Shown here one piece after another: positions 40,074-50,547 of a DNA stretch of 64,000 nt. The notes under the pieces were generated by a model. It had not been told where the DNA came from and ran no database searches. It saw only the letters and a list, made by a program, of their open reading frames with translations. Positions within the stretch are counted from its first letter, which is position 1. Every line of letters starts with the position of its first letter. A program made the position numbers and the translations under genes. Source of the DNA: Promethearchaeota archaeon (lineage in GTDB: Archaea > Asgardarchaeota > Lokiarchaeia > Sigyniarchaeales > SOKP01); assembly GCA_016839705.1 (NCBI GenBank), contig JAEOTR010000019.1:1-64000 (forward strand). Reading direction: 5' to 3'.

Positions 40074-40664
40074 GTGAAACATATTTTAACAAAGAGAAAA
40101 TTCTTTATTTTTCTTGTAATAGTCGCTTACTCCTTAAACTTGACTATTTTCCTTTTAACTCCAAAAATATTGAGTAACGATGCATTCAGTCTTGGCGCAG
40201 CTAATGATGATACCACTGCTCCTGTAATTACTTTTGTGAAACCTGATACTAATGACACTTCAATAAGAACAAGATATTATGATTTTATTGTAAACATAAC
40301 TGATGCTAATCCCCCTTTACCTGGGAATGTGACAATTGAAATATCCAATGCAAGCATCTCCTTTTTTAACGCTTCTATGCTTTATGATCAAGGAATCCAA
40401 TGGTTTTTCTCTTGGGAGAATACAACATCATATCCAAATGAAAACACATATATAATTAGGGTGAGAGCTATAGATTCTTCGTCAAATGAGAATGCTGGTT
40501 TATCGAATGACTTGTCTGTTTTTTTAGACATAAATGAAGGGGGAGGTTTTGATACCCTAAATTTTGTGCTGTATATTATCGCTGTGGTCTTTATTTTTGC
40601 TCTAATCATGCTATATTTTAATAAAAAACGAGTATTCTTAAAAAAATTTAAAGACGAAAGTTAG
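40074..40664 (+). CDS. Exported Ig-like domain protein with C-terminal membrane anchor
   Basis: Signal-like N-terminus, DTTAPVI..Y.I.VRAIDSS.N, C-terminal TM plus basic tail. Confidence 0.7.
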   Translation: MKHILTKRKFFIFLVIVAYSLNLTIFLLTPKILSNDAFSLGAANDDTTAPVITFVKPDTNDTSIRTRYYDFIVNITDANPPLPGNVTIEISNASISFFNASMLYDQGIQWFFSWENTTSYPNENTYIIRVRAIDSSSNENAGLSNDLSVFLDINEGGGFDTLNFVLYIIAVVFIFALIMLYFNKKRVFLKKFKDES

Positions 40665-40886
40665 ATGTGAATATTAATCCTTAAGCTTATGATTGGATAA
40701 TTATATGCTTGAGAAGAGCATAATAAGATTAAAGTATCGTGAGTTTTCTTACCTTTTGTTAAGCCCCCGTCCAAATTTTTTATGATTTAAAATAATTATA
40801 AACGTGATGATTCAAATTCAAAAAAAATAAATGTCAAGATTTTCATTAATTATAAAATAAGAAAATATGCCATAATCGGGGTTTCT

Positions 40887-43800
40887 TTGAATTTGATTAA
40901 CATTGAACAGAAGTCAGCTTATCCATATATCACCAAATTTAAAAAAGAGCCATTTAAATCATTTGCTATCGTTAAAAGAAAAGAAATTGGACGTTTTTAT
41001 GTAAAAGATTATAATAGATTACTTGGGTTTTACAATTCTTTTGATGAAAATTTATTACATGATTCTAGTCTAACGTTAGAAAAATTGTTTTGGATCACTT
41101 TACTTGGAAAATATCTCAAAGAAGAAAAGAAGAAAAAAAGAGATGATCTATTTAGTTATATTAAAAAATGTGAAATCAGGAATGAGGAACAGTTAGGATT
41201 TAAGCCTTCTCTTAATCCTCACAAACACCCCGATATTTACTCTACTTATTTTGCTCTAGTAAGCATAAAAAATATTGGACTTTTAAAGGAATATTTCGCT
41301 TCAGAAAATCAGAGCCATATTAAAGAAGAGATCAAGAATTTTATCTTATCTCTTAAAAAAGGTAATATATTTTTACATTGCCATGATAAAGAATGTGAAA
41401 TTTGTAAAAATAATTCACCTTCAATGACTCTATTTTACGTAATGGAGATTTTCACGCTACTAGGTGTGGACATTCGCAATAGTAGAGATCAATTCCGTAC
41501 GTTTATTGGGGAAACGAAAAAAAAGAGCAATGGATTAATTTATAAATATTTATGTTTAAAATATATTGATTTAGATTCTGAAGTAAAAGAAAAAGAAATT
41601 CAAAGTCTTCACCAGTATCAAAAAGAAAGTGGTGGTTATGGATTTAATCAAACGGAGATTCTTAACGATACTTTTTGGATAGTTTATATACTAAACTTAT
41701 ATTCATGGCTTTTAGATTATAATCCCTCAGGTGTATATTCGTTTATAAATAATCAATTAAATGAGATCTTAATTAGTACCGAAATTTGGGATGTTGCACA
41801 TTTAATTGCTACTTCCAAATTAATTGTCCTTTTATCGTTGATATGGAAGAAATTTATTAATGAAATTGAAAGGGTAATATTTAAAGAATTAGAAAAGGAA
41901 AAATTTATTGATTTAAGTCAATTAAAAACGAATTTTGGTTTATCAAGTGATATTGAAGATCTAATCTCATATATTAATCTTAATTACAATTTTAATCTTA
42001 GAATTTTAGACAACAAAATCGAATTTAAAAATTACCTTAGGAATCTGAGTAAGGGAAAACAAGATTTTATCCAGAAATTTTATGATCAAATTAGTAACAA
42101 AAGTATTGTTTCTCTTTCAGAGATGCTTAAGAAATATAAAACTTTGAATCTGGAAACTCTAAAGCTGAAAGAAGATATTATTCCTATCATCAACGAGATG
42201 ATTTCAAAGAATTTTTTTAAAGGAAATATTCGAGTAAAAAAACCATTCTTAGCTAAAACAAAATACAACTTTTATTTGAACAATAATTTAGAAAAAATAA
42301 TAGTATCTGATACTGAAATAAATACAGAGAGAATTCTTGAGGAAAAAGACAAAATAGAAGATATTAGAAATGACATCTATAATATTACCTTAAAATTACA
42401 AAACATAAGTGATCATATTAGAGAAGAAATTGAGAGTTATCTTCTGATTGACGAGGTTGATTATGCTAAGGAAAGACTGAAATTTATAATAAGAAATGCG
42501 GTAATAGAGGCTGATTTTTTAAATGAAAATATTGAAAATTCATTCAATGAAGATCTATATTTTATTCAATTAAAAACGATTTTAAGCACTGAAATAACGC
42601 AATGGAACAAGGTTTATTCCGTATTGCATAATAATTTAGTAGAAGTCGATTCATACCTTAAAGGAAAAATAAATGAGAAGGAGATATTAAGGAATTTAGA
42701 TAAATTATTAGAAAATTTAATGGAGAGACTTAGTTTAATTGAAGAAGACTTAGATAAGAAGTTGGATTCATTTAAGAGAATATTTAGTGAAAACCTTGAA
42801 AAAAAATTTGCTGAAATTAAATTACTTCCAATTATTCAACATTTGAATCAACTAATTGATAATATTAACAGATATGATAAAATAATTTATAATATCTCCC
42901 AGCAAATAACTGTAAAAGAAGCAGATATTGTTGATAAACATAGAAAAATAATAGATAATTGGATAGGTATTAAAGAAAAATACGAAAACGAGTATAATTT
43001 TTATAATGAGGGATTTCAGTTTTTTAAAGAGCATTTGAATAAAATTGAGGCTGTACATGTAGAATTAAATAATGAGATATCGAAGATCGGAGAAATAACA
43101 AAAAAGAAGATCTCAGCAAATCAATTTCAAGAGGCTTTTGAAATAATTAAAAATGAATCCGACATCGTACTAAATGAAAAAATAACGGAGATTAAAAATC
43201 TTCAATCTGTCGTGAAGAATGAGATATCAAAAAAACAGAAGCTCTACTTACTATATAAACATTTAAATGATGATCTAGATAATTTAGAATCAACGATTAT
43301 TGATTCTATAGCCAAACAATCACAATCTTTAAAGGAGAAGGTTACAGAAGAGAGAAATAAAACAGAGGTACAAGATTTTGATAATTTTGTTTCCCAGGAG
43401 GTGATTAACTTAAAAAACGCATTAGTAAATACTAAAGCTAGACTTGATCAAATAAAAATTTTAGAAATAAGGGAAATAAATAAAGAATTTGACATGCTTC
43501 AATCTGATTTTGACAAAGCAAACAAATTGTTTACAAAGAAATTTAATAGCTGTATTAAATCCATTGAAAATTTTAAGGAGAAATCAAAATTAACAATTCT
43601 ACAATGGGAAAATTTCGTTAATTTTTTCATTAATGAAACAGCTGAATTAAAAGACGAGTTTATCAATGAAGTAATTTCAAACAGAATAAATGTAATGGCA
43701 ATAGAGAACAAAACTAATAATATTAAACTTGTTGATTTAAGAGATGATTTAAAACTTTCTTGTAAGGTTCTAATTAAAAGATTAAAGGATATGATTGATA

Positions 43801-45299
43801 TCTCTAAAATATCTGCTGATTTGAATGAAAACGATAAATCAGTACTAATTCACACGGACTTTTATTATTTAAATAAAGAACTAAGAAATTATATAGATAA
43901 TCACTTGTTAAAATTAAACAGAGAAAGAGTTGGGAAGATTCTATCCCTCTATGATTCAAGTATTAGGAATTTAACTTTAGGGACAAATATGCTAGAGCTT
44001 CAAAATAGAATTAACGATTTAAATGTTTTTGAAGAAATTATCCCAAAGAAATTCTATGATAAAACCAGTGAACTTCAGATTAATCAGGAAAGAAAAGAAT
44101 TTCTTGATACAAAGGAATATTTTGAGTCAGTAATAGAAAGTGAAAGAAAGGCTATTATTACTATAAAAATTGCGCTTGATCTTTTTAACTCAATGCAAAG
44201 ATTTGTTGATCAAAAGTATAATAAATTAAAAATTGAGTTAAAAGAATACTACAATAGATTTGTAAAAGATTCTGAAAACTATGATTCTTATTTAGAAAAC
44301 CAAGAGAACTTTGAAAATAAAAAACAAGAATTCGAGGAGAGATCACAAGAAATACAGAACCAAGTAGAAAATGAATTAAAGAAAATATCTTATAAAATAG
44401 ATGATTCAAATAAGTTAATACCAGAGATAAGAGAAACATTTGTAACGAAAAAAAACGATTATTTAGAAGAGTTCAATAATAAAACTGAGAAAATTAATGA
44501 TCAAATAGAGATCATGAAAAATGAATCTTTTCGGGAAAAACTAATAGACTTTATAAATAGCAATAAAATTAAATTAAGTCAAATGCTTGGAAATCTTGAG
44601 AGAAAAGTAGAAGATAATATCGAAATTAAAGAATTTAAAAAAATCAACATCTTAATCCAAAAAAGAGGAAAGAATATAGAAACTGAGATTAAAGAGATTA
44701 GTAGAGCCGCAAATATTATGATAAGAGAATATAATAGGCAATCAAAAAACTTTCAACAAATTTCTAAATTTGTATTAGATGATTATAATAAATTCATTAT
44801 CGAATTCAATGAGATACTGAATGAAAAAGTAAAATCATTAGAACGCTTAATTTTGAAAGCTTATATCAACATGATAATTAAAGCTGTTGCTAACGAATTC
44901 TTAACAGTGAGTTTTTTAAATAATGAACTAAAGATTAGGAAGCAAAATATCCAAGATCATTTATTATTCCTAATAAGTACAGGAGAATTAAAAGGGAAAT
45001 ATGATCCTCGATTTTTTATATATTTTGAAAATCCAGATGTAATGGATGGTTTAGATGAGACAGAATTAGAAGTTATAAAAAGTACTAATTATAAATTACA
45101 GATGTTTAAACACAATCTAAGAAACTTTGCTGTTCAATATGGCAGTATAATCGCATTCTTTTCTTCTATTGTAGCTATCTCATATTACTTATTTCTTTTT
45201 AGTGGTAGTAATCCCGTTGCACTTATTTTACCCATTATTTTTACAGTACTCATTTTAGGATATTACTTAATGAGGAAGAGGGAAGAAAAGATTAATTGA
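40887..45299 (+). CDS. Large protein: prenyltransferase-like repeats, PCI-like winged helices, long coiled coil, two C-terminal TM helices
   Basis: GFKPS..PDIYSTYFAL and QKESGGYG..DTFW; wH-like segments ending MISKNFFKGNI, MIDISKISADL, LISTGELKGKYD; hydrophobic C-terminus. Confidence 0.6.
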   Translation: MNLINIEQKSAYPYITKFKKEPFKSFAIVKRKEIGRFYVKDYNRLLGFYNSFDENLLHDSSLTLEKLFWITLLGKYLKEEKKKKRDDLFSYIKKCEIRNEEQLGFKPSLNPHKHPDIYSTYFALVSIKNIGLLKEYFASENQSHIKEEIKNFILSLKKGNIFLHCHDKECEICKNNSPSMTLFYVMEIFTLLGVDIRNSRDQFRTFIGETKKKSNGLIYKYLCLKYIDLDSEVKEKEIQSLHQYQKESGGYGFNQTEILNDTFWIVYILNLYSWLLDYNPSGVYSFINNQLNEILISTEIWDVAHLIATSKLIVLLSLIWKKFINEIERVIFKELEKEKFIDLSQLKTNFGLSSDIEDLISYINLNYNFNLRILDNKIEFKNYLRNLSKGKQDFIQKFYDQISNKSIVSLSEMLKKYKTLNLETLKLKEDIIPIINEMISKNFFKGNIRVKKPFLAKTKYNFYLNNNLEKIIVSDTEINTERILEEKDKIEDIRNDIYNITLKLQNISDHIREEIESYLLIDEVDYAKERLKFIIRNAVIEADFLNENIENSFNEDLYFIQLKTILSTEITQWNKVYSVLHNNLVEVDSYLKGKINEKEILRNLDKLLENLMERLSLIEEDLDKKLDSFKRIFSENLEKKFAEIKLLPIIQHLNQLIDNINRYDKIIYNISQQITVKEADIVDKHRKIIDNWIGIKEKYENEYNFYNEGFQFFKEHLNKIEAVHVELNNEISKIGEITKKKISANQFQEAFEIIKNESDIVLNEKITEIKNLQSVVKNEISKKQKLYLLYKHLNDDLDNLESTIIDSIAKQSQSLKEKVTEERNKTEVQDFDNFVSQEVINLKNALVNTKARLDQIKILEIREINKEFDMLQSDFDKANKLFTKKFNSCIKSIENFKEKSKLTILQWENFVNFFINETAELKDEFINEVISNRINVMAIENKTNNIKLVDLRDDLKLSCKVLIKRLKDMIDISKISADLNENDKSVLIHTDFYYLNKELRNYIDNHLLKLNRERVGKILSLYDSSIRNLTLGTNMLELQNRINDLNVFEEIIPKKFYDKTSELQINQERKEFLDTKEYFESVIESERKAIITIKIALDLFNSMQRFVDQKYNKLKIELKEYYNRFVKDSENYDSYLENQENFENKKQEFEERSQEIQNQVENELKKISYKIDDSNKLIPEIRETFVTKKNDYLEEFNNKTEKINDQIEIMKNESFREKLIDFINSNKIKLSQMLGNLERKVEDNIEIKEFKKINILIQKRGKNIETEIKEISRAANIMIREYNRQSKNFQQISKFVLDDYNKFIIEFNEILNEKVKSLERLILKAYINMIIKAVANEFLTVSFLNNELKIRKQNIQDHLLFLISTGELKGKYDPRFFIYFENPDVMDGLDETELEVIKSTNYKLQMFKHNLRNFAVQYGSIIAFFSSIVAISYYLFLFSGSNPVALILPIIFTVLILGYYLMRKREEKIN

Positions 45300-45360
45300 T
45301 TATTAACTTCTTTATAGCCTTTCTTTTCTGGGGTACGCATATAGATTAATGTTAGAGAAA

Positions 45361-47508
45361 CTAATCATAGTCCATTATGAATTGAACATAATCCTCATGT
45401 TTTTTGAGATATCCTTGAAAACAAGCTTGGTTAAAATGAGTATAAAATATTATATCAACGATTTCTTCATCTCTGGCAAGATCCTGAAACTTTTTAAAGT
45501 CTAACTTCCCGTTTTCCCCAAATGTTTTCACGAGTTGAATTAATGCTTTCACATTTTTATTTAAATACCTTTTTCTCGATTTTTGAGGTTGGTTCTTTTT
45601 CCCTTTTAACTTTAATATTTTATTTTTCATATTGGGTAGATCTAATTTAATTAAGTCAGAATAAAAAGTCACTCCAGATTCCTTTATTTTTTCATACTCC
45701 TCGCTATTGCAAAAGTCATCTAATTGGCTAAGAATGTCATCAATAGAGCGGTTTGCTAGCATCTCTTTTTCTTTTTCTCTTCTTTCCTTAAAGTTTTTTA
45801 TGAGATCCAAGTCTGCACATTTGCTTATCTCAGATACAGAAAAAGTAATGGATTTTCGTTGCAAGTTTTCGTTTAACTGAATTTGCTTATATTCGGTTAA
45901 AATAGATTTCATTAAGTTTTCTTTTCTTCTAGCAACGTGATAGAAAGGAATATCAACAGTATCTTCAGTTACGAGTATATAACACCTTCCAGGGGCGTAC
46001 CTACCAGTTCTACCTCGCCTTTGAATTAATCTTATTTCAGATGGGACCGGTTCATAGAATATTATTCCATCTACATTTGGGATGTCAATTCCCTCTTCAG
46101 CAACGCTAGTCGCTATTAATACATTTATTTTATCCTCTTTAAATTTCTGAAGAATATCAGTTTGTACTTGTTGAGAAAACCCAATATCATCTGTTTTGGA
46201 AGATTGGCCAATAAATTTTTCAATTAATAATTGATTTTTAAATACGCTACTCAATTTTTGCTTTAAAAATTCAGCCATCTCTCTATATTGCGTAAATATT
46301 ATGATTTTTTTATTATTAAATTCTTCTACTTCTTCGCGGATAATTGAAATAATCTTCCTAATTTTTGGATGAGTTAAATTTGATAAATTTTCTTTTTCAA
46401 TCACTGAATCGATGAACATAAAATGTTTTGAATTCACTATTCTTTTTGCAGATAAGATACCTTGCTCAGCCTTATTTTTCAAACGTTCTAAAAAAGAAAT
46501 AAAGAGTGAAATATCTTGTGTTTCGATTAAATCTTTTGCATGAAGTAAAGAGACACAACTTGAACAATAGGAATATACAGAATGTATGTCAATGTCATTT
46601 TCTTTAATTATATCAATAATTTTTGGTTCCTGATAAAATAAACATTCTAAATACTCATCTTCTAATTCGTAACCCTGTTCATATCTTATTGAGATCGTTA
46701 AATCATGTGAAATTCTCAAAAAATCTAATTTCGAGTAATATCTTTTGAAAGGATTAATCAATTTTCGATCTATGAAGAACCTTAAAAAGCCTTGAAATAA
46801 ATTTTGCCACACTTGGCTTAGTTCCATAATTTTTGTTGGTAGATCTACTAAATTTATAAAAGTATCTATATCATGAATATAGTTTTTTACATCCTCATCT
46901 TCATAACTTCGATATACTATATTCTCAATTTGTAGATTATCACAGATTTCTTGGATTCGTTCATAATCTTTTCCAGGTGATGCTGTCAATCCTAATATCA
47001 ATGGATCATTACATGTTTCGATATATTCTTTTGAAATGAAATTGTAAGAATATCTCCCTTTTGTTTTATGAGCTTCATCAAATATAATTAATGAAACTTG
47101 TGTTAAATCATAGCGCCCTCTCACTATATCGTTATTAATTACTTGAGGGGTAGACACTATTATATTCGAATTTTTAAATAAATGTATCCTTTTATCAGGA
47201 GATATTTTTCCTGTGAAGGAGATGATTTTTTCAGCATCAAGCTCTAGAAATTTTTCACAGGAGCTTTTATGCTGAATAATTAATGGTCTTGTAGGAGCAA
47301 GAACAATTATCTTTCCCTTGGGATATTTTTCAAGAGAATGAGCAATCAATAAAATACCAATAATCGTTTTTCCTAACCCAGTAGGCAAAACAACTAAAGA
47401 ATTTTTAGTTTTACAACTTCTAACAATGTTTTCTTGATAATGTCGGTACAAGACAGTATCTTTTTTTATATAAAGCCCATTGTAATATTTTCTTGATTCG
47501 ATATGCAT
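45361..47508 (-). CDS. hef: Hef/FANCM-like SF2 helicase, apparently without ERCC4 nuclease domain
   Basis: LPTGLGKT, DEAH, LTASPG, ATSVAEEGIDIP, QRRGRTGR. Confidence 0.88.
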   Translation of the reverse strand: MHIESRKYYNGLYIKKDTVLYRHYQENIVRSCKTKNSLVVLPTGLGKTIIGILLIAHSLEKYPKGKIIVLAPTRPLIIQHKSSCEKFLELDAEKIISFTGKISPDKRIHLFKNSNIIVSTPQVINNDIVRGRYDLTQVSLIIFDEAHKTKGRYSYNFISKEYIETCNDPLILGLTASPGKDYERIQEICDNLQIENIVYRSYEDEDVKNYIHDIDTFINLVDLPTKIMELSQVWQNLFQGFLRFFIDRKLINPFKRYYSKLDFLRISHDLTISIRYEQGYELEDEYLECLFYQEPKIIDIIKENDIDIHSVYSYCSSCVSLLHAKDLIETQDISLFISFLERLKNKAEQGILSAKRIVNSKHFMFIDSVIEKENLSNLTHPKIRKIISIIREEVEEFNNKKIIIFTQYREMAEFLKQKLSSVFKNQLLIEKFIGQSSKTDDIGFSQQVQTDILQKFKEDKINVLIATSVAEEGIDIPNVDGIIFYEPVPSEIRLIQRRGRTGRYAPGRCYILVTEDTVDIPFYHVARRKENLMKSILTEYKQIQLNENLQRKSITFSVSEISKCADLDLIKNFKERREKEKEMLANRSIDDILSQLDDFCNSEEYEKIKESGVTFYSDLIKLDLPNMKNKILKLKGKKNQPQKSRKRYLNKNVKALIQLVKTFGENGKLDFKKFQDLARDEEIVDIIFYTHFNQACFQGYLKKHEDYVQFIMDYD

Positions 47509-47647
47509 GTTATAGAGAGGAAGAGGTTTTTTCTTTTTAAAAATAATATCGCTGTTAGATTATTATAATATTGTGTTGAATTTTAGCTATTGAATTTACT
47601 TATTAATTGAGAAATATCTTATTAAATTCCATGCTTAATGGTCAAGA

Positions 47648-48643
47648 TTATGCTAGGAAAAATAGAATCTTCTTTTTCACAATTTCCCGTCTAATTATTC
47701 CCTTCTCTTCTAAGAATTTTAAAGTTAGAACTACCCAATCACGTCCGATTATACGTGTGAATCGTCTAGTTTTAGGGTATATAATATCAAGGATTTGATC
47801 AGGAGATACTCCCTTTTCTGAATAATTTTTAATAGCATCCAATACTTGTGCTTGGCGTTCATTCATCCGTTCCATAATTGCAGCAATAGTTTCTTTTGGA
47901 TTTTCGATAGTTTCACCATGTGCGGGAAGAATTAGTTTCAAATTAGGTAGACTCTGCATTTTTTTAATAGTTTCAATATAATCTGTAAGATTTGACTCGG
48001 GTGGTCCAAGCCAAGTTGATCGCATTTTTAAAACATTATCCCCAGAAAAAAGGACCCCTTTTTCCTCATTATAGAGAGAAATATGCTCAGGGGAGTGTCC
48101 GGGAGATGGAAAGATTTTCCACGGTTCACTATTAATTAGTATAACTGAATTATTATCAACAATTTCATCGGGTTGATCTAAATAAGAAAGACCGTGGATA
48201 CTCCTAAAAAATAAAAGTGTCCCAATATGACGAAGTCCATTCCAAATTTTTTGTATAAATTCATTTCTAACTCGTAAATAGTCTTCATAATCATCACCTC
48301 GAAAAGTGGTTTCGAAACTTACTTTATCTTTTATAGTTTTAGCAACATTCTCTGTTAAAACGATCTTTAAACCAAGAGCCTTACTGACAAAATTTAAACC
48401 ACTAAAATGGTCAGAATGACCGTGACTCACGATTATTCTTGTAATCTTAAATTCTTTTCTTTGCTTTTTAAATGAACTCTCTATTTTTTTGAATTCCTTA
48501 AGAAAGAACTTTAATGCTTTCTGGTATCCATATCCCGCATCAAAAATGATACCATCATTTCCCGCTAAAATATAAATATTATCTGAAGGTCTGAATCTTC
48601 CCTTTTCTTCGATTAAAAAAATCTCAGGATAAACTTCTCTCAT
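47648..48643 (-). CDS. MBL-fold metallo-hydrolase with C-terminal winged helix
   Basis: HGHSDH, PGHS, FSGD, PAHG. Confidence 0.9.
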   Translation of the reverse strand: MREVYPEIFLIEEKGRFRPSDNIYILAGNDGIIFDAGYGYQKALKFFLKEFKKIESSFKKQRKEFKITRIIVSHGHSDHFSGLNFVSKALGLKIVLTENVAKTIKDKVSFETTFRGDDYEDYLRVRNEFIQKIWNGLRHIGTLLFFRSIHGLSYLDQPDEIVDNNSVILINSEPWKIFPSPGHSPEHISLYNEEKGVLFSGDNVLKMRSTWLGPPESNLTDYIETIKKMQSLPNLKLILPAHGETIENPKETIAAIMERMNERQAQVLDAIKNYSEKGVSPDQILDIIYPKTRRFTRIIGRDWVVLTLKFLEEKGIIRREIVKKKILFFLA

Positions 48644-48825
48644 TCAACTTTGAAAAATATTAACTGAAAAAAAAACTTTTGAATAATTCCCAAGTGATTG
48701 TTTTTGCTCTCCTTAATACTAAGGAGGATCTAGAATTTTTCATAAAGAACAGAACGATTAAAAAAGGGAGGTAAGATTTTAAATAATGGATCAAATATTC
48801 TTTATTATTTTTATGTTAAAGAAAG

Positions 48826-49596
48826 GTGAAAAGAATCGATCTTAAAAATATCTTAATAACAGGTTCAGGTTCTGGTCTCGGTAGAGCAATGGCAATAAGG
48901 TTAGCAGATGAAGGATATAACATAATTTTAAACGGTAGAACTGAAAGTAAGTTGATTGAAACAAATGAGATATTAAAAAAATTCAATATTAAATCTACAA
49001 TAAAAGTAGGAGATGTATCAGATTCTAAATTTGTTGAATCGATGATTTCGGAAATTATTGAAGAATGGGAATTACTTTATGGAGTTATTAATAACGCTGG
49101 AATCAGTAAGGGAAGTGCTTCAATTCTAGATAAAAACGAAAAAGATATGCAAAAAATAATGGATATAAATTTTAAAGGAGCATGGTTAGTATCAAAATAT
49201 GCAGCTAAATGTATGATAAAACAGAGAGAATTAAAACCTTTAAGGGGGAAAATTATTAATGTGTCCTCAATAGCGGGATTAGATCCAATGCCAGGTATTG
49301 GAATATATAGCTGTAGTAAAGCAGCATTGAATATGTTAACTAAAGTCCTGGCAAAAGAACTGGCACCTATAATAACCGCAAATGCAATTTGTCCAGGGTA
49401 TCATGTTACACCAATATATAATAATGATCCAAAACTAATTCAAAATTTCTGGGATTTGATAAACATGAAACCGCTCTTAAAAAGAGTAGGAACTGCTGAA
49501 GATGTTACAGGATTGATTTCCTATTTGGTATCAGACGATTCAAACTACATGACTGGTCAAATTATAAGTATGTGTGGTGGGGTTGTACTTCATTAA
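48826..49596 (+). CDS. SDR family oxidoreductase
   Basis: TGSGSGLG, NNAG, YSCSK. Confidence 0.93.
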   Translation: MKRIDLKNILITGSGSGLGRAMAIRLADEGYNIILNGRTESKLIETNEILKKFNIKSTIKVGDVSDSKFVESMISEIIEEWELLYGVINNAGISKGSASILDKNEKDMQKIMDINFKGAWLVSKYAAKCMIKQRELKPLRGKIINVSSIAGLDPMPGIGIYSCSKAALNMLTKVLAKELAPIITANAICPGYHVTPIYNNDPKLIQNFWDLINMKPLLKRVGTAEDVTGLISYLVSDDSNYMTGQIISMCGGVVLH

Positions 49597-49811
49597 GGTG
49601 AGTTCTGAGTTAATGCCTGTTTAAAATTCTCTTAGTTTTAAAAATATTTCAATGAGCTCTTTCTTCCAAATATTTTGATATATAACAATATTTTTTTAAA
49701 AAAATTTGTGAAACAGATTCACAGAATAATATTAAAACTTATATCAAGAAAAAGAGAAAAAGAAAAAAAAAAATAAGATATTGTATAAATTTCGAGATTA
49801 ATCGTTAATTC

Positions 49812-50021
49812 TTAGAAGTATTTAATGGCAAGTAAAATGTCGTCCCGAGTTACCTTCTTACGTTTTGCATGTTTGGTTAAAGATAATGCGGTTTTAGTAA
49901 GTTTTTCAGCTGATTGACCCATCCAATCAACTAACTCATCTACAGCATCTCGAGCAACGATAACAGCGCCATTGTGTTTCATTAATCTTCTAATAGGACT
50001 CCAACTAATATATTCAGACAT
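49812..50021 (-). CDS. Archaeal histone (HMf-type fold), 69 aa
   Basis: PIRRLMK..GA..VA..A..HAKRKKVT..DI; GTGGAGG upstream is the SD, so start is ATG 50021 not 50036. Confidence 0.92.
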   Translation of the reverse strand: MSEYISWSPIRRLMKHNGAVIVARDAVDELVDWMGQSAEKLTKTALSLTKHAKRKKVTRDDILLAIKYF

Positions 50022-50547
50022 TTTTAATTCCTCCACTTTATAATTTTTAAATGATTATTTTTGTTAATTTTTGTTATTATTAAAGAGTTTATTATATAGA
50101 TATTGATCTTTTGGATATTTAAAGATTTTGATATACTCTTGATTTACTTGGGATAAAAATAAAAAAAATTGAACGACAAAATTCGAAGTTATAAAAATGA
50201 TCAATCTCGTGTAAGTTAGTCTATTTTATTGGATAGGTAAATCTTGTTAAAATTTAAGACTTTTAAATATAAATCAATTCAATTCCTCATCAAAATTGAC
50301 TTTCTCGAAATTAATTTCAAAGATTTAAGAAATTCGATCAAATTTCGAAACGCTGAACTAGCTATTTTTGCAATATCGATAAGCTAGTATTTTTAAAATT
50401 TTCATTTAAGAAGTAAGCGATTGGGCAAAATAAGAAGAGTTTAGAAACAATTTATTAATTTCGGTTGAAAATCGATATGTTAATAAACTAAAGTTAGAAA
50501 ACTTAAGAATATAATCATCAATATCGAGTAAAATAATAGGAAAAAAA

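Noticed and set aside
40665-40790. SECIS-like hairpins / selenoprotein read-through
   Set aside because: No convincing AUGA/GA quartet stem, and the TGA-ending ORFs I checked do not continue into conserved-looking sequence.
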